Shown piece after piece: positions 48,546-59,091 of a DNA stretch of 64,000 nucleotides. The number at the start of each line of letters is the position of its first letter. Position 1 is the first letter of the stretch. The stretch comes from Takakia lepidozioides (Eukaryota; Plantae; Bryophyta). A model generated the notes under the pieces. The model was not told the DNA's origin. It did no database searches and saw nothing but the letters and a program-made list of their open reading frames with translations. Where the stretch lies: NCBI GenBank assembly GCA_030704615.1, contig CM060732.1, forward strand, positions 67,456,001 through 67,520,000. The letters are read 5' to 3'. A program made the translations under genes and the position numbers.

Positions 48546-50698
48546 ACACAATTCCCTTGGTCCGTGAGTACCTCAGCTGGAGCACCAAATCGGCTAAGCA
48601 CACGATCCAAGAATGCATACGCAGCCCCCTCACTAGCCTTGTCAGGCAATGGAACCAACTCAATCCACTTGGAGAAGTGCTCCACCATCACCAACACATA
48701 TCTGTGGTGGCGCATAGTCAGTGGCAACGGTCCTGCGAAGTCAAGACTCCACCTGTAGCCCAATCCCATGATAGGTAAAGGATGCAACTGTGGTGTAGGG
48801 GCGTTGAATGAAGCACGCACCCTGTCACACACCATGCACCTAGCCACAAACTGTTGCACCTCTGTATGCATACCACGCCACCAATACTGCCCCTGCAGTA
48901 AACTGTGAGTGCGTCGCACTCCAAAATGCCCCAACTCCTCATGGGCATGCCGCACTAACCGTGCACGCTGTGTGGGGTGAGGCACAATCCTCACCCGACC
49001 ATCCTCCCACACTCGAAGTAGGTGTATCCCCTCCCACTTGAACCTCTTGGCTCGTTGCAGGATCCGATCCCTCTCCCTGGCAGTCACAATGGCTGCCGTG
49101 TCTCCCGTGCGGAGGTAGTCCAACACAGCCGAATCCTCATGTATATCTCTGGCACCACCTAGCTCATCACTAGCCTCAGGGTCCTCAGACACTCCGTCTA
49201 CAGTCATCCCTGTTGTAGGTCCAATCTGACCTCCCGATGCCAAGATACACAAAAATGCAGATGCGTGCCATCCCGGCACCATCTCCTCGTCCGTCTCACC
49301 ATGCCACCGAGCTCCAGTGTCATCCTGCTGGCTCATGCATGGATTGCGACTCAATCCATCCGCATCCCGATTGACCAAACCCGGTCGATGCACAACCTGA
49401 AAGTCATACTCCTGGAGTATAAGTGCCCACCGTGCAAGCTTCCCCGTAAGCTTGTCTGACTCCATCAACCACTTGAGTGGCTGGTGATCCGTGACAAGGG
49501 TGAAAAGATTGCCGTATAGATAGCACCTGAAGTGTGCCACGGCCCACACTGCAGCTAAGCACTCTCCCTCATATGAGCTGTACTTAGCCTCTGCAGCGTT
49601 GTTCGAGCGGCTAGCGTAAGCCACTACAAACTCTCTTCCCTCATCATCCACCTGTGTGAGCACCGCTCCAAGCCCCAGCATGCTCCAATCCGTATGCAGC
49701 TGAAAGGGACGCCCCCTGATAGGTCGTCTCAAGATAGGCGCCGAGGTCAACCTCGCCTTGAGCTCTTGAAAAGCTCGTTCCTGCTCATCTTCCCACTGCC
49801 ACTCCTGGTCCATCTTGGTCAGCTTGGTTAGAGCCTTTGCAATGGTACTAAATCCCTTGACAAACCGTCTATAATAGTTTGCCAACCCCATGAAAGCTCG
49901 AACTCGGCTCACATCCGTGGGGCGTGGAATTTGTGCAATGGCCTCTACCTTAGTCTGCTGTACCCCCAATCCTCCAGGATATATCATGTGACCCAGATAC
50001 TCAATCTGGTTGTGGAAAAACTTGCACTTCCCCGGATGCAACTTCAATCCGTGCGCTCTCAAGCGCTCCAATACCACCTGAAGGTGTCTCTCATGCTCCT
50101 CCATCGTAACACTAAAGATGATGATGTCATCTATGTAGCACCGAGCAAAGTCCACCCCTGCTAGAATCCTATCCATGACTCTCTGAAACTCTGCAGGAGC
50201 ATTCTTAAGCCCAAATGGTAAGAACCGCCACTGATATAGGCAATCCTTGCCGTGCTCATTGATCCCCCAGAATGCCGTCTTCTGCTTGTCCGCCTCCTTG
50301 ATTGGCAACTGGTGATATCCGGATCGTAAATCCAAAGTGCTAAAGGCCTTAGCATGCCCGATGGCATCAAAGATCTCCTCTGGTGTTGGCATGGCATACT
50401 TATCGGACTTGGTCTGACGATTTACAGGCCGGTAATCACCGCACATACGTCTCTCCGTCCAATTGCCATAGACATCCTTCTTGGCTGGCATCACTGTGGC
50501 TGAAGCATACTCTCCACCAGAGAGCTCCACCAAACCTGCCTCCGAGAGATCTTGAGTCCTCATCTGAATCAAAGACCTCTCCATGTCACTGTATCTATAG
50601 GGTCTCCGAAAGATTGGCGTGTCAGTGGCCAACTCAATACGGATCTCTTGACCCTTCAGTGCTCCCAAGTCCTTCAAACTGAAGGCAAAGCAATTCAT
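48539..50698 (-). CDS. Ty3/Gypsy pol: reverse transcriptase, RNase H, integrase (core truncated)
   Basis: 719-aa open frame: RMCGDYRPVN, FSTLDLRSGYHQ, LPFGLKNAPAEFQR, YIDD, YLGH. RNase H: LHTDWS..GLGAVL, YEGECLA, TDHQPL, ADGLSR. Integrase: HHCC (HAHEELGH...CMVC) and WSLDFAGP...VLTDQG, ending before the catalytic E. Confidence 0.96.
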   Translation of the reverse strand: MNCFAFSLKDLGALKGQEIRIELATDTPIFRRPYRYSDMERSLIQMRTQDLSEAGLVELSGGEYASATVMPAKKDVYGNWTERRMCGDYRPVNRQTKSDKYAMPTPEEIFDAIGHAKAFSTLDLRSGYHQLPIKEADKQKTAFWGINEHGKDCLYQWRFLPFGLKNAPAEFQRVMDRILAGVDFARCYIDDIIIFSVTMEEHERHLQVVLERLRAHGLKLHPGKCKFFHNQIEYLGHMIYPGGLGVQQTKVEAIAQIPRPTDVSRVRAFMGLANYYRRFVKGFSTIAKALTKLTKMDQEWQWEDEQERAFQELKARLTSAPILRRPIRGRPFQLHTDWSMLGLGAVLTQVDDEGREFVVAYASRSNNAAEAKYSSYEGECLAAVWAVAHFRCYLYGNLFTLVTDHQPLKWLMESDKLTGKLARWALILQEYDFQVVHRPGLVNRDADGLSRNPCMSQQDDTGARWHGETDEEMVPGWHASAFLCILASGGQIGPTTGMTVDGVSEDPEASDELGGARDIHEDSAVLDYLRTGDTAAIVTARERDRILQRAKRFKWEGIHLLRVWEDGRVRIVPHPTQRARLVRHAHEELGHFGVRRTHSLLQGQYWWRGMHTEVQQFVARCMVCDRVRASFNAPTPQLHPLPIMGLGYRWSLDFAGPLPLTMRHHRYVLVMVEHFSKWIELVPLPDKASEGAAYAFLDRVLSRFGAPAEVLTDQGNCVD

Positions 50699-51114
50699 GT
50701 AAGCCCTCAGGAACCGCCGTATACGTCGTCTCTCTCCTCCGGTGACAATGGGTCCAATGTCAGGCTCCCAATTGTCCTCCGTAACTACAACCTTAAGTCC
50801 AGTGGGCTTAGAGGTAGAGGACGCGTCCCGTGGTTGCTATGCTGCAACCTCTTGAGCAGTACTCCCTACCTGCTCAGTCAATGACAAGGCATCATCCTGC
50901 CCCATCATCTCATCCTTGAGGACCTCCTCAACTCGAGAAGAATCCCCAACCTCATCCATCACAGCCGCCTTGGCTGCCAACTCCCTCTGAACCTCGAGCA
51001 CCTCCCACGTGTGCCATGGATGCATGCACCCCGTGGTCCTCATATGCTCGCCCCACTCACTGCCTGTACCGTCTCGGTAGGCAGAGAGACCATTGAGGGA
51101 AGTGTATTCCGCAT

Positions 51115-52103
51115 TCTGCGTTGCTCAGCTAGAGCCAAGCTGATAATCCAGGTCAAGCAATTGAGATCCATTGCTTGCCCCAACACTTGACGACGTGATG
51201 CCTCAGAAAGAGACGACACTGCCGTGGTACCAGTGGTAAAACCCATTGCCCGCTCACGCTCGTCAGCATTAGGCTCCACTAACTGCTGCAACTGAGCATC
51301 CCACAGGAGGCCAGGTCCACTATCCCGGAAAGCATGCGATCCTGGGAAGCTGAGCAGTGTAGGTAATGCTGCTCGTGGTTGACCCACCTTGTTGACCACT
51401 GCCAAAGGCGAACGGTCATCGTGTCTCACACGTTGAGACTGCCTCCCTGTGTCCAGAATGTTATCCACTGTGAGATGTGCTGGCCGCTGCACCCCATCAA
51501 ATGCACGCTTGAGCAGTGCGGGTGGCATCATGTTAGTCCACCATAGCCGTGGACGATGAGCCCGTGACCCCACTGTAGCTGCATCCAGCAACACTGCTGA
51601 CCCAAGCCACGGACCGGACTTGATGCACACTGGCCATCACCCTGGCCCGAGAATTGCCCATCAGTGGCACATTCTCCAAGATGTATGCTGGAGATACAGC
51701 TTGATGAAGCTGCAAGTGGCGCAAAACCCGCACCATCTCCCAAAACAGACCCGACCTCGAGTCTCGCAATCCATTGCCATGCCCGGCTGATGAATGCCCT
51801 TGGCAGGGCCAACCTGCCACTACCAGATCAATGGAGCCAACCCGCTCCAAATCCTGCGCCCCCAGCAACGAATGTTCTGCTGGCAAGGCCTGCTGATATC
51901 CCGAATTGCAGACACAGACAACAACTCAGGGTACTTCTGCACCAACTGAGCAACAGTCGAAGTGAAACTCGCTCGTGCAGTCTCATCCCTCTCCACATAC
52001 AGGTAACGCCGAACTCTTACACCTGCCGTAACACAGCAGCCAATCCGGTGCTGATCCCGCCAAACAGTCCAGAAGACAAATGCCTTCATCCGGAGACTGC
52101 CAC
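51115..52103 (-). CDS. Cytosine-5 DNA methyltransferase domain (DNMT3-like) within Gypsy pol, split by single-base frameshifts
   Basis: Reconstruction: ICLLD(L)FGGISTG (motif I), YLYVERD (II), IDLVVAGWPCQG (IV, catalytic PC ~51808-51803), GLRDSRSGLFWE (V), YILENV (VI), LDAATVG (VII), AHRPRLWWTN (VIII), ERERAMGF (IX), RRQVLGQAMD (X). No in-frame stops in the reconstructed path. Confidence 0.93.
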
Positions 52104-52469
52104 ACATAGTGTGGTGTCCAATGGAGACAATTGAGGTGGTCCTGGTGCAATCTCCACACTCTCCTCCTCTCCTGACGGTACAAAAGCCTCCACCCAGGCT
52201 TGTTGCACCCGTCGATCAGCATCCCGCTGCAAAATCCTTGCTCGTGCCCCACAATGGAGTCTGAGCAACCATGGTAGGCAACTCCGCCATACCATACATG
52301 TCATCCTGCTCTCCCGAAGTGGGACATCCTCTGAATGAGCATTGCCCCAAGCAACTCTCTAGGCCACCTCACTGCCGCTGTGAAGCTCTAGTGTCGCATC
52401 TTGCCTCGCTGGGCAACCGCAACTCTCCTATGAACGTCACAGGGAGCTGCACACGCCGGCCCCTCCCCT

Positions 52470-52800
52470 GGACTGCCATGCAGGCCTATAGGAAGCTGAC
52501 TCCTCCCAAAAATCCAGGGTGAAGCCAATGGGGTACAACACTGCCCCACCAACCAGGACATCGTTGAGACTGCGTCTGTCACACATTTCCTTGGCTCGCA
52601 TCACTGAGCCATCTGTAGGTGATCCGGCCGTAGTCTGATAGCCAACTCATGCCGTGTCATGCCCGCGCGCCTGCTCCGATCCTCCCAGAGACGTCTGTAT
52701 CTGGAAAGGACAAGGCTCCATATCCGCCTCCGTGAGGCCCAAGCCTGCAATAGCAGCTCTATGCCTAGCATCAGTGGCTGAGCTCCCCGAGTCCAACACA
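52470..52800 (-). pseudogene. Retroviral-type aspartic protease, frameshifted
   Basis: VLDSG-AQPLMLG (DSG ~52793-52785) and downstream ..VTDAVS..DVLVGG..LYPIGF..LDFWEE. Confidence 0.75.
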
Positions 52801-53699
52801 CTCGCAGTGGCCGGTACCTATCTTGCTTGCCGGTCCACTCAAACAGAAAATGCCATCCTGGGTGTCTAACATGACAACTCCAGGTGTCACCATGGCGCGC
52901 TCAATGGCTGGCCTAGCTGGCAGCTCCATCACCTGGCAGCTGCGCTTGCCATGGCCGCCGTGGCAGTCTTAACCTCAAATCCAAGGATCCCTCGGCACTA
53001 CTACCTCCTACTATCTCCGTAGAAGATGATTCCCTCCCCACTCTCACAGAGTGTAGCTGCCACCTGACACCTCAGCTGTCTTACCCCCAGCGTCGCAATC
53101 ATGGTAGCCGAGAACAATGGAGCCTGGCCACAGATGTGGCCGCTCCTAGCAGCACACTAGCTGCCGTAGCCTTGGCAACCACTAGGTAGTGGTGCTACCC
53201 GTGTAGCTCTCCCAATGGCATAGTAACCTCCGCCTCGGTAACAGTCGGGCGAGAACTAGGTGCCATGGATGGCGTCGACACTGTCTCCGCCAATGTGAAT
53301 GACTGAGGAAGCCTATCCTGACGCTTGCCTCCCCACGCTGTGGATCCAACTCACCTCTGCACCTCGCGGCTCAGGACTCGTGTTGCTCCTCGAGTCACGG
53401 CTGCAGCAGACTCCACCTGCACTAGTGGTAGTGCTGCTCCACACATGAATCCCATGCCTCCCCTATCTCCTCCCTCAGGAGCAGGAGGTGGACCATCCGG
53501 CCTTAGAGCCGGTACCACCTGAGCTGTAGCCTGGCAGCGATCCTCTGCTCTAGCTGCTGAAGCCGGTTGGCCATGCCTTGGTCAACACCCTGACCTCCGT
53601 GTCCTTGGCCACGTTGAGCTTGCCCTTGGCCTCGTGGCTGGCCACCTCGTCCCCTCTGGGCTGCTCCACCTCGCCCCCGCCACCATTGTTCCCTTGGAA

Positions 53700-54770
53700 C
53701 TGGCCTGGGCGCAACTCAGGATGCAAACCATAACACTGAGCCTCTCCATGCCCGTGTTTGCCACAATGCCCACACTGTAACTGTGCAGGCTGTGCATTGT
53801 GCCGGCCCTTTGCCTCCTCTGGACAATCCTTCTTGACATGGGGTCCTCCACATGTCCAGCACACCACATCCGCCCGTTGTTTGGCCAGCAAATGAAGGGG
53901 AGACCCCTGCATCTGAGGTCCTTTCTGCCCTTCCCGAGCTTCACCTGAGCCCCTTTGTTGCCTTGAGCACGTTGAGGTAGTGGTTGGCTAGGAGCACCAC
54001 TACCCCGTGGTTCTCCTTAGCAAATCCCCCATGACCACTCGTTCCTCCCCATGTTGAGCTCTATCCGCTCTGCCAGCAAAAACACATTGCTAAGTGGGTT
54101 GGGCCGCTGGTAGGGAGTTGCATCCCGCACCCTTCTCCTAAGCTCCTTGTCCAATATCCCATACCAGAATTGGACTGCCTGAGCTTCCGTAACCCCTTGG
54201 GTTACATTTATCAAGCGCCTCATGCGAGTGAAAGCCTCCCTCAAGCTCTCGGTCGGCTTCCGTTGGAACTCTTGCAAGCTCCGCAACTTCTCTGTCCTCA
54301 CCCCTTGGTAGTTCCCTCTCAACTCTTCGAAAACTCCCACAACAGGTTGAAGCAGGCACGGGAGCTAGTGCTGGTGCGGTAGTGGCTTGGGTGGACGTCG
54401 TAGCTACTGTACCACCAGTCCCACTGCTGCTTGCTGAAGCTTGCTGGTGCAGCGGCAGGTGTAGCCACTGCCCTCGTGGCTCTAGTGCCCCTAGTGATGG
54501 AGACATAGTCGGGTGATCAGTACATCCTCCACTCCTCGATCTCAACCTCATGCCCCCGCCTGAACTCATGGTAATCATCCATAGGCGGCCCCTCAAGGTG
54601 CTGAAACAGCCCCTTCCATGCCATGAAAAGGCGTAAATAGTTGTGGATTGCGCATTTGCTGCAAATCACACCACTATCAAACTCTTGGATAAAATCATCC
54701 AACTCGATGGTGCCCACCGCCCCAGAGTACCTTCGTGGCCCCTTGGTAGCTCCATACATCTCCTCCATTG
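53700..54770 (-). pseudogene. Retrotransposon gag with two CCHC zinc knuckles, frameshifted
   Basis: PRRYSGAVGTIELDDFIQEFD, LFQHLEGPP, LRSLQEFQRKPTESLREAFTRMRRL...QFWYGILDKELRRRVRD. Zinc knuckles CWTCGGPHVKKDC and CGHCGKHGHGEAQC. Confidence 0.85.
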
Positions 54771-55689
54771 TGTCCCACAACAATGGCAAAGAAAAAACTT
54801 GCACTCGGTATGAGTCCTCCTGATTCACAATCCGAATCAGAACCTTCCGTAGAAGACACAGGAGGTGAAGGTGGCCTAAACCGCACACCTCGTCTCGTTT
54901 ACCCACTAGTATCGCTAGTGCTCGAACCGGCACTATCCCAGCAACTAGTGGCACCTCCGTGTTGACACTCAACCGTTCATGAACATGTCCCTAACCCCCT
55001 CTCCACAAGGTAAACGGGTAGAGAACCTGTTGCGGCTTATGGTTTGGAATACTAAGTTCCTAACATAGCCTAACACCTGTACCTGCATCCACGCCAGCAC
55101 TCCTATGGTTGGCTGGTCATCACCTCCAACCTCACCACAAGAGAAACAATGATGGTCTGGTTGGTCATCACCCAGTCTCACCATCGACAGCGCATGCTAG
55201 GACTGGCCGGTGATCAAATCCGGACAATCACCTATAAAACCAAGCGCCCACCCAAACTAGCATTGCGCACAGTCAGCATGCAGGTATGGAGGGGATCCAA
55301 ACACAAGAATCAGATCTACAACTCCCCCACACAAAACAACTCCCGTGTTGCTCCTGCAAGGACACCCCAGCCCAAACCCGACTGACTCTTGCCTCCACCT
55401 ACGGAAAGGTCTTGGCCTAATGAGAAGGTGGAAACTACGAGGAAGAGAAGCTAAGCAATGCCTAACCCCAGCATGCTCTCATCCCACACTCTGCCTCTCC
55501 TCTCTACCTCACTTGCATGACCATGGGAATATCATGAAGAGACTCCTCAAACCGCCCTCCCGAGCTTCAAAATTCGGCCTTCCAGACCACATGGCAGTCC
55601 TTAGGCAGTCCACCAGTGCCTCCACGAGTCAGCACAGGCCGTCCACAGGTCAACACGGGCCACCACAGACCAGCACGGCCCCACAGCTC

Positions 55690-56935
55690 ACTGGTCACAG
55701 CCGTCACAGTCCCACAGGCCACTGGGCACAGCCTGTCGCAGCCCCTCACAGCCTGTCATAGCCTCAAAGGCCTCAAGCACGGCCTGTCACAGCCCCTCAC
55801 AGCCCCTCACACCCCAAAGCCTGGGCACGGCCTGTCATAGCCCCTCACAGCCCGTCACAGCCCCAAGGCCTCAGGCACGGCCTGTCACAGCCCTCACAGC
55901 CCCTCACAGCCCAAAGGCCATGGGCACGGCCTGTCACAGCCCCTCACAGCCCGTCACAACCCCAAAGGCCTCAGGCACGGCCTGTTCACACCCTCACAGC
56001 CCGTCACAGCCCCAAAGGCCATGGGCACGGCCTGTCACAGCCCTCCAGCCCGTCACAGCCCCAAAGGCCATGGGCACGGCCTTTCACAGCCCCTCACAGC
56101 CTCAAAGGCCTCAGGCACGGCCTGTCACAGCCCCTCACAGCCCGTCACAGCCCCAAAGGCCTCAGGCACGGCCCTGTCACAGCCCCTCACAGCCGTCACA
56201 AGCCCCCAAGGCCATGGGCACGGCCTGTCACAGCCCCTCACAGCCCGTCACAGCCTCAAAGGCCTCAGGCACGGCCTGTCACAGCCCCTCACAGCCCGTC
56301 ACAGCCCCAAAGGCCATGGGCACAGTCTGTCACAGCTCGCCACACCTGTCACAGCCCCACGGGGCACAGGGCACAGCCTGTCACACCATCACAGCCCATC
56401 ACACTTGCCACACCTGTCACAGCCCGTCACAGCCCCACAGGCCTCAGGGCAACAGCCTGTCACACCCCGCACAGCCCGTCACAGCCCCAAAGGCCACTGG
56501 GCACAGCCTTTCACAGCCTGACACAGCCCGTCACAGCCCACAGGCACAGGGCACAGCCTGTCACAGCCCATCACAGCCCATCACAGCCTGTCACAGCTTG
56601 CCACAGCCTGTCACAGCCCGTCACAGCCCACAGGCCAGAGGGCACAGCCTGTCACAGCCCATCACAGCCCTTCATAGCTCCACAGGCACAGGCACAGCTG
56701 TCACAGCCCATCACAGCCCATCACAGCCTATCACAGCTTTGCCACAGCCCATCACAGCCCGTCACAGCTCGCCACAGCCTGACACAGCCCGTCACAGCCT
56801 GTCACAGCTTGCCACATCCATCACAGCCCGTCACAGCCCGTCACAGCTCGCCACAGCCTGACACAGCCCGTCACAGGCCCACAGGGCACAGGGCACATCC
56901 TTCACAGCTTGCCACAGCCTGTCACAGCCCCACAC
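55690..56935. repeat. CACAGCC-based minisatellite (10-bp units in a ~61-bp higher-order repeat) upstream of gag
   Basis: Dozens of TCACAGCC(C/T)(G/C/A) units. The higher-order unit GGCACGGCCTGTCACAGCCCCTCACAGCCCGTCACAGCCCCAAAGGCC(ATG/TCA) dominates 55780-56330. Confidence 0.95.
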
Positions 56936-59091
56936 ATGGCCGCTCTGGCAGTTTAGCCATTTCTCCATGGGTTTAGCCACGCCAAGCTAGGTTTGTGTCT
57001 CTTGGACTCTAGGCTTCTTTCCACCGAGCTATGGTGGCTGTGAGGAATCAGCAAGGTATCCTTGCTCTTTCGGCTCCCACACACCACCATAGTAGCCTAA
57101 GCCATGAGGTGGTTGCCACAAACCAGCCTTCTTTCTCACTTAGCCTCCCCAAACACGCCACTAAACTCAATGGCAAATAACCAAGCCCTGCTGGTTCCCA
57201 GCCCTTGTGAGCACTCATTCAAGCACTCTCATTGGCCATAACATCTGTCTTAGAGCCTATTCCAGCTCTCTACATCTGTTGCTTCAAGAGTTGCGCTCCC
57301 TTCAAGCTGAAGTTTTGAAACCCCAACTCACATAGGCCCTACAAGTGCTTTTCTTTCACTCCACGTGGAAACCAGCCCTAGACCTTCCGTTCTAGTTCTC
57401 TAAGGCTTGAAAACAAGAGCCTCAATGGGCTGAAGGCATGCTCCACACATGCCCACTCTCACCATAAGAGAATCAGCTCCTTGCTTCATTTCTTGCACCC
57501 ACAAACCTGAAAATACAAGCTTCAGCAGGCTGAAAGCATGCTCTACATGCCCTACAGGGAAACCAGCCCGCCCCTCCTTCCTTCCTTGCACTCCCACACC
57601 TAAAAGTGCAAGCCTTCACCAGGCTGATAGCATGCTCCACACATACATTGCCCTCACATAAGGGAAGTCAGCCCTTCCCTCTTCCTTGCTTGCCCTCCAA
57701 GCTTGAAGATGGAAGCTTCAATGAGCTGAATACATGCTCCACACATCAACCTCTTCACACAAGAGATATCAGCCCCCTATCTGGCTCCTTGGCTCCTTGA
57801 TGCTCTCTAAGACAAGACTAAGCACTCCACAGCCTTTGCCAAGCTCCTGAAACCCTAAGGCTTACATTTTCCAGCCACAAGACACTTCTCTTGTGGTGCA
57901 AGAGCTCTTCTTCCAAGCTCTGAAACCCCAGGTGCACATTCCATGGCCTTGCCGCACCTCTTAGCTCCTGTTCCAGCCCTGCTCTTGCCATGACAAGAGC
58001 CCTCTCAATGCTGAAGCTCGAGATTGGAACCCAATCTCACCATACTCCACAAAGTGCCTTGATTTGCCCCAAGCCAAATCAGCCCTTTCGCTTGGTCCTG
58101 CAATCCTTCACACAATGAAGCTCGCATTCCCCGGTCCAGTTCTCAGCTTTGCCACCAAGCACTATAACCTGCTCTTGACTGGTCCTCTTCCCAATCGTGC
58201 TTGCTCATGCATGTACACAATCTGAAACCATCAAGGGGCTCTGGATTACCTGCAGCATGGTGCTTCATCTCTGAAGCTGAAGATCGAATGCCAAGGTCTA
58301 CCACCTTGTAACCCACATCGCCTCCGCTTCTAACAACCAGAGCTCCATGGTGCTCCTTGCATAACAACTTGGTTTCTCTCATCTCAAGCAAAACCACAAG
58401 TGCTACAACTAACTCGTATCTAGCACTCATAGATACGAGCTCATCTTTCTCGAGTGATAAGAGGAAGGATACAAGCACAAGCTCATGCGAGCTCACAAAG
58501 CTGACATAAACTCATGCATATATAACCTCATCACTCAAATACAAGTCAAGCCAAGTGCACCCCACCCATGGGGAATCCACACTACGGCGCCATAGCTAGG
58601 CGGTGAGGCTCAACTCGAGAAGATGAGCCTCCCTCCCACACGCTTGCCGTGAAGATAAACCACTCCAGGGCCTAAATCGTGCCTTGACCCCTGGATTGAC
58701 ACTTGGGCCAATCCAAATGTCAATATGTAAAATCGGCTATTTCCTAGCTAGTTTCACACTAGTGGTAAAATAACTTGACACCTCGTCTAAAATCTGATGT
58801 ACACGACTAGGTTCGGAACACCTCGTAATGGACACCGAAGCAAGCCGGGCAGCATAGGAGGATGTACTCCCTTTCTGGACTAGGCATGGAAATCCCCCTG
58901 GCAAAAAAAGCACGTTCCTCCTGCCCATGAACTCCGGTGTAGACGTCCCTCCGGCAGTACTTGGCATCCTACAATAAGAACAATCCACTTCAAGAATGTC
59001 AATACCAGCACCAACCAGAAAGGTTTTCAATGAAATAAAGAGCGGAGGGAGGTGCCTCACGAAATCTGGAAGCAACTTACAATGCGACCAC

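Larger units (their letters stand above)
48539..58820 (-). mobile_element. Ty3/Gypsy LTR retrotransposon carrying a C5 DNA methyltransferase (gag-PR-DNMT-RT-RH-INT); LTR boundaries not resolved
   Basis: Domain order on the minus strand: gag (~54770-53700), protease (~52800-52480), DNMT (~52100-51115), RT-RNaseH-integrase (50698-48539). A long upstream non-coding region holds the CACAGCC array. A PBS-like TGGCGCCGT lies at ~58591-58583. The outer limits are approximate. Confidence 0.85.

Noticed and set aside
55920-56861. 313-aa and 166-aa ORFs
   Set aside because: Translations of the CACAGCC minisatellite, which lacks stops by composition.
47867-58820. TGTTTCG...CGGAACA as exact LTR element boundaries
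   Set aside because: The 5-bp flanks differ (TGCAT vs CCTCG) and I could not align two LTR copies. The PBS-like TGGCGCCGT at ~58590 is not adjacent to a CA LTR end.
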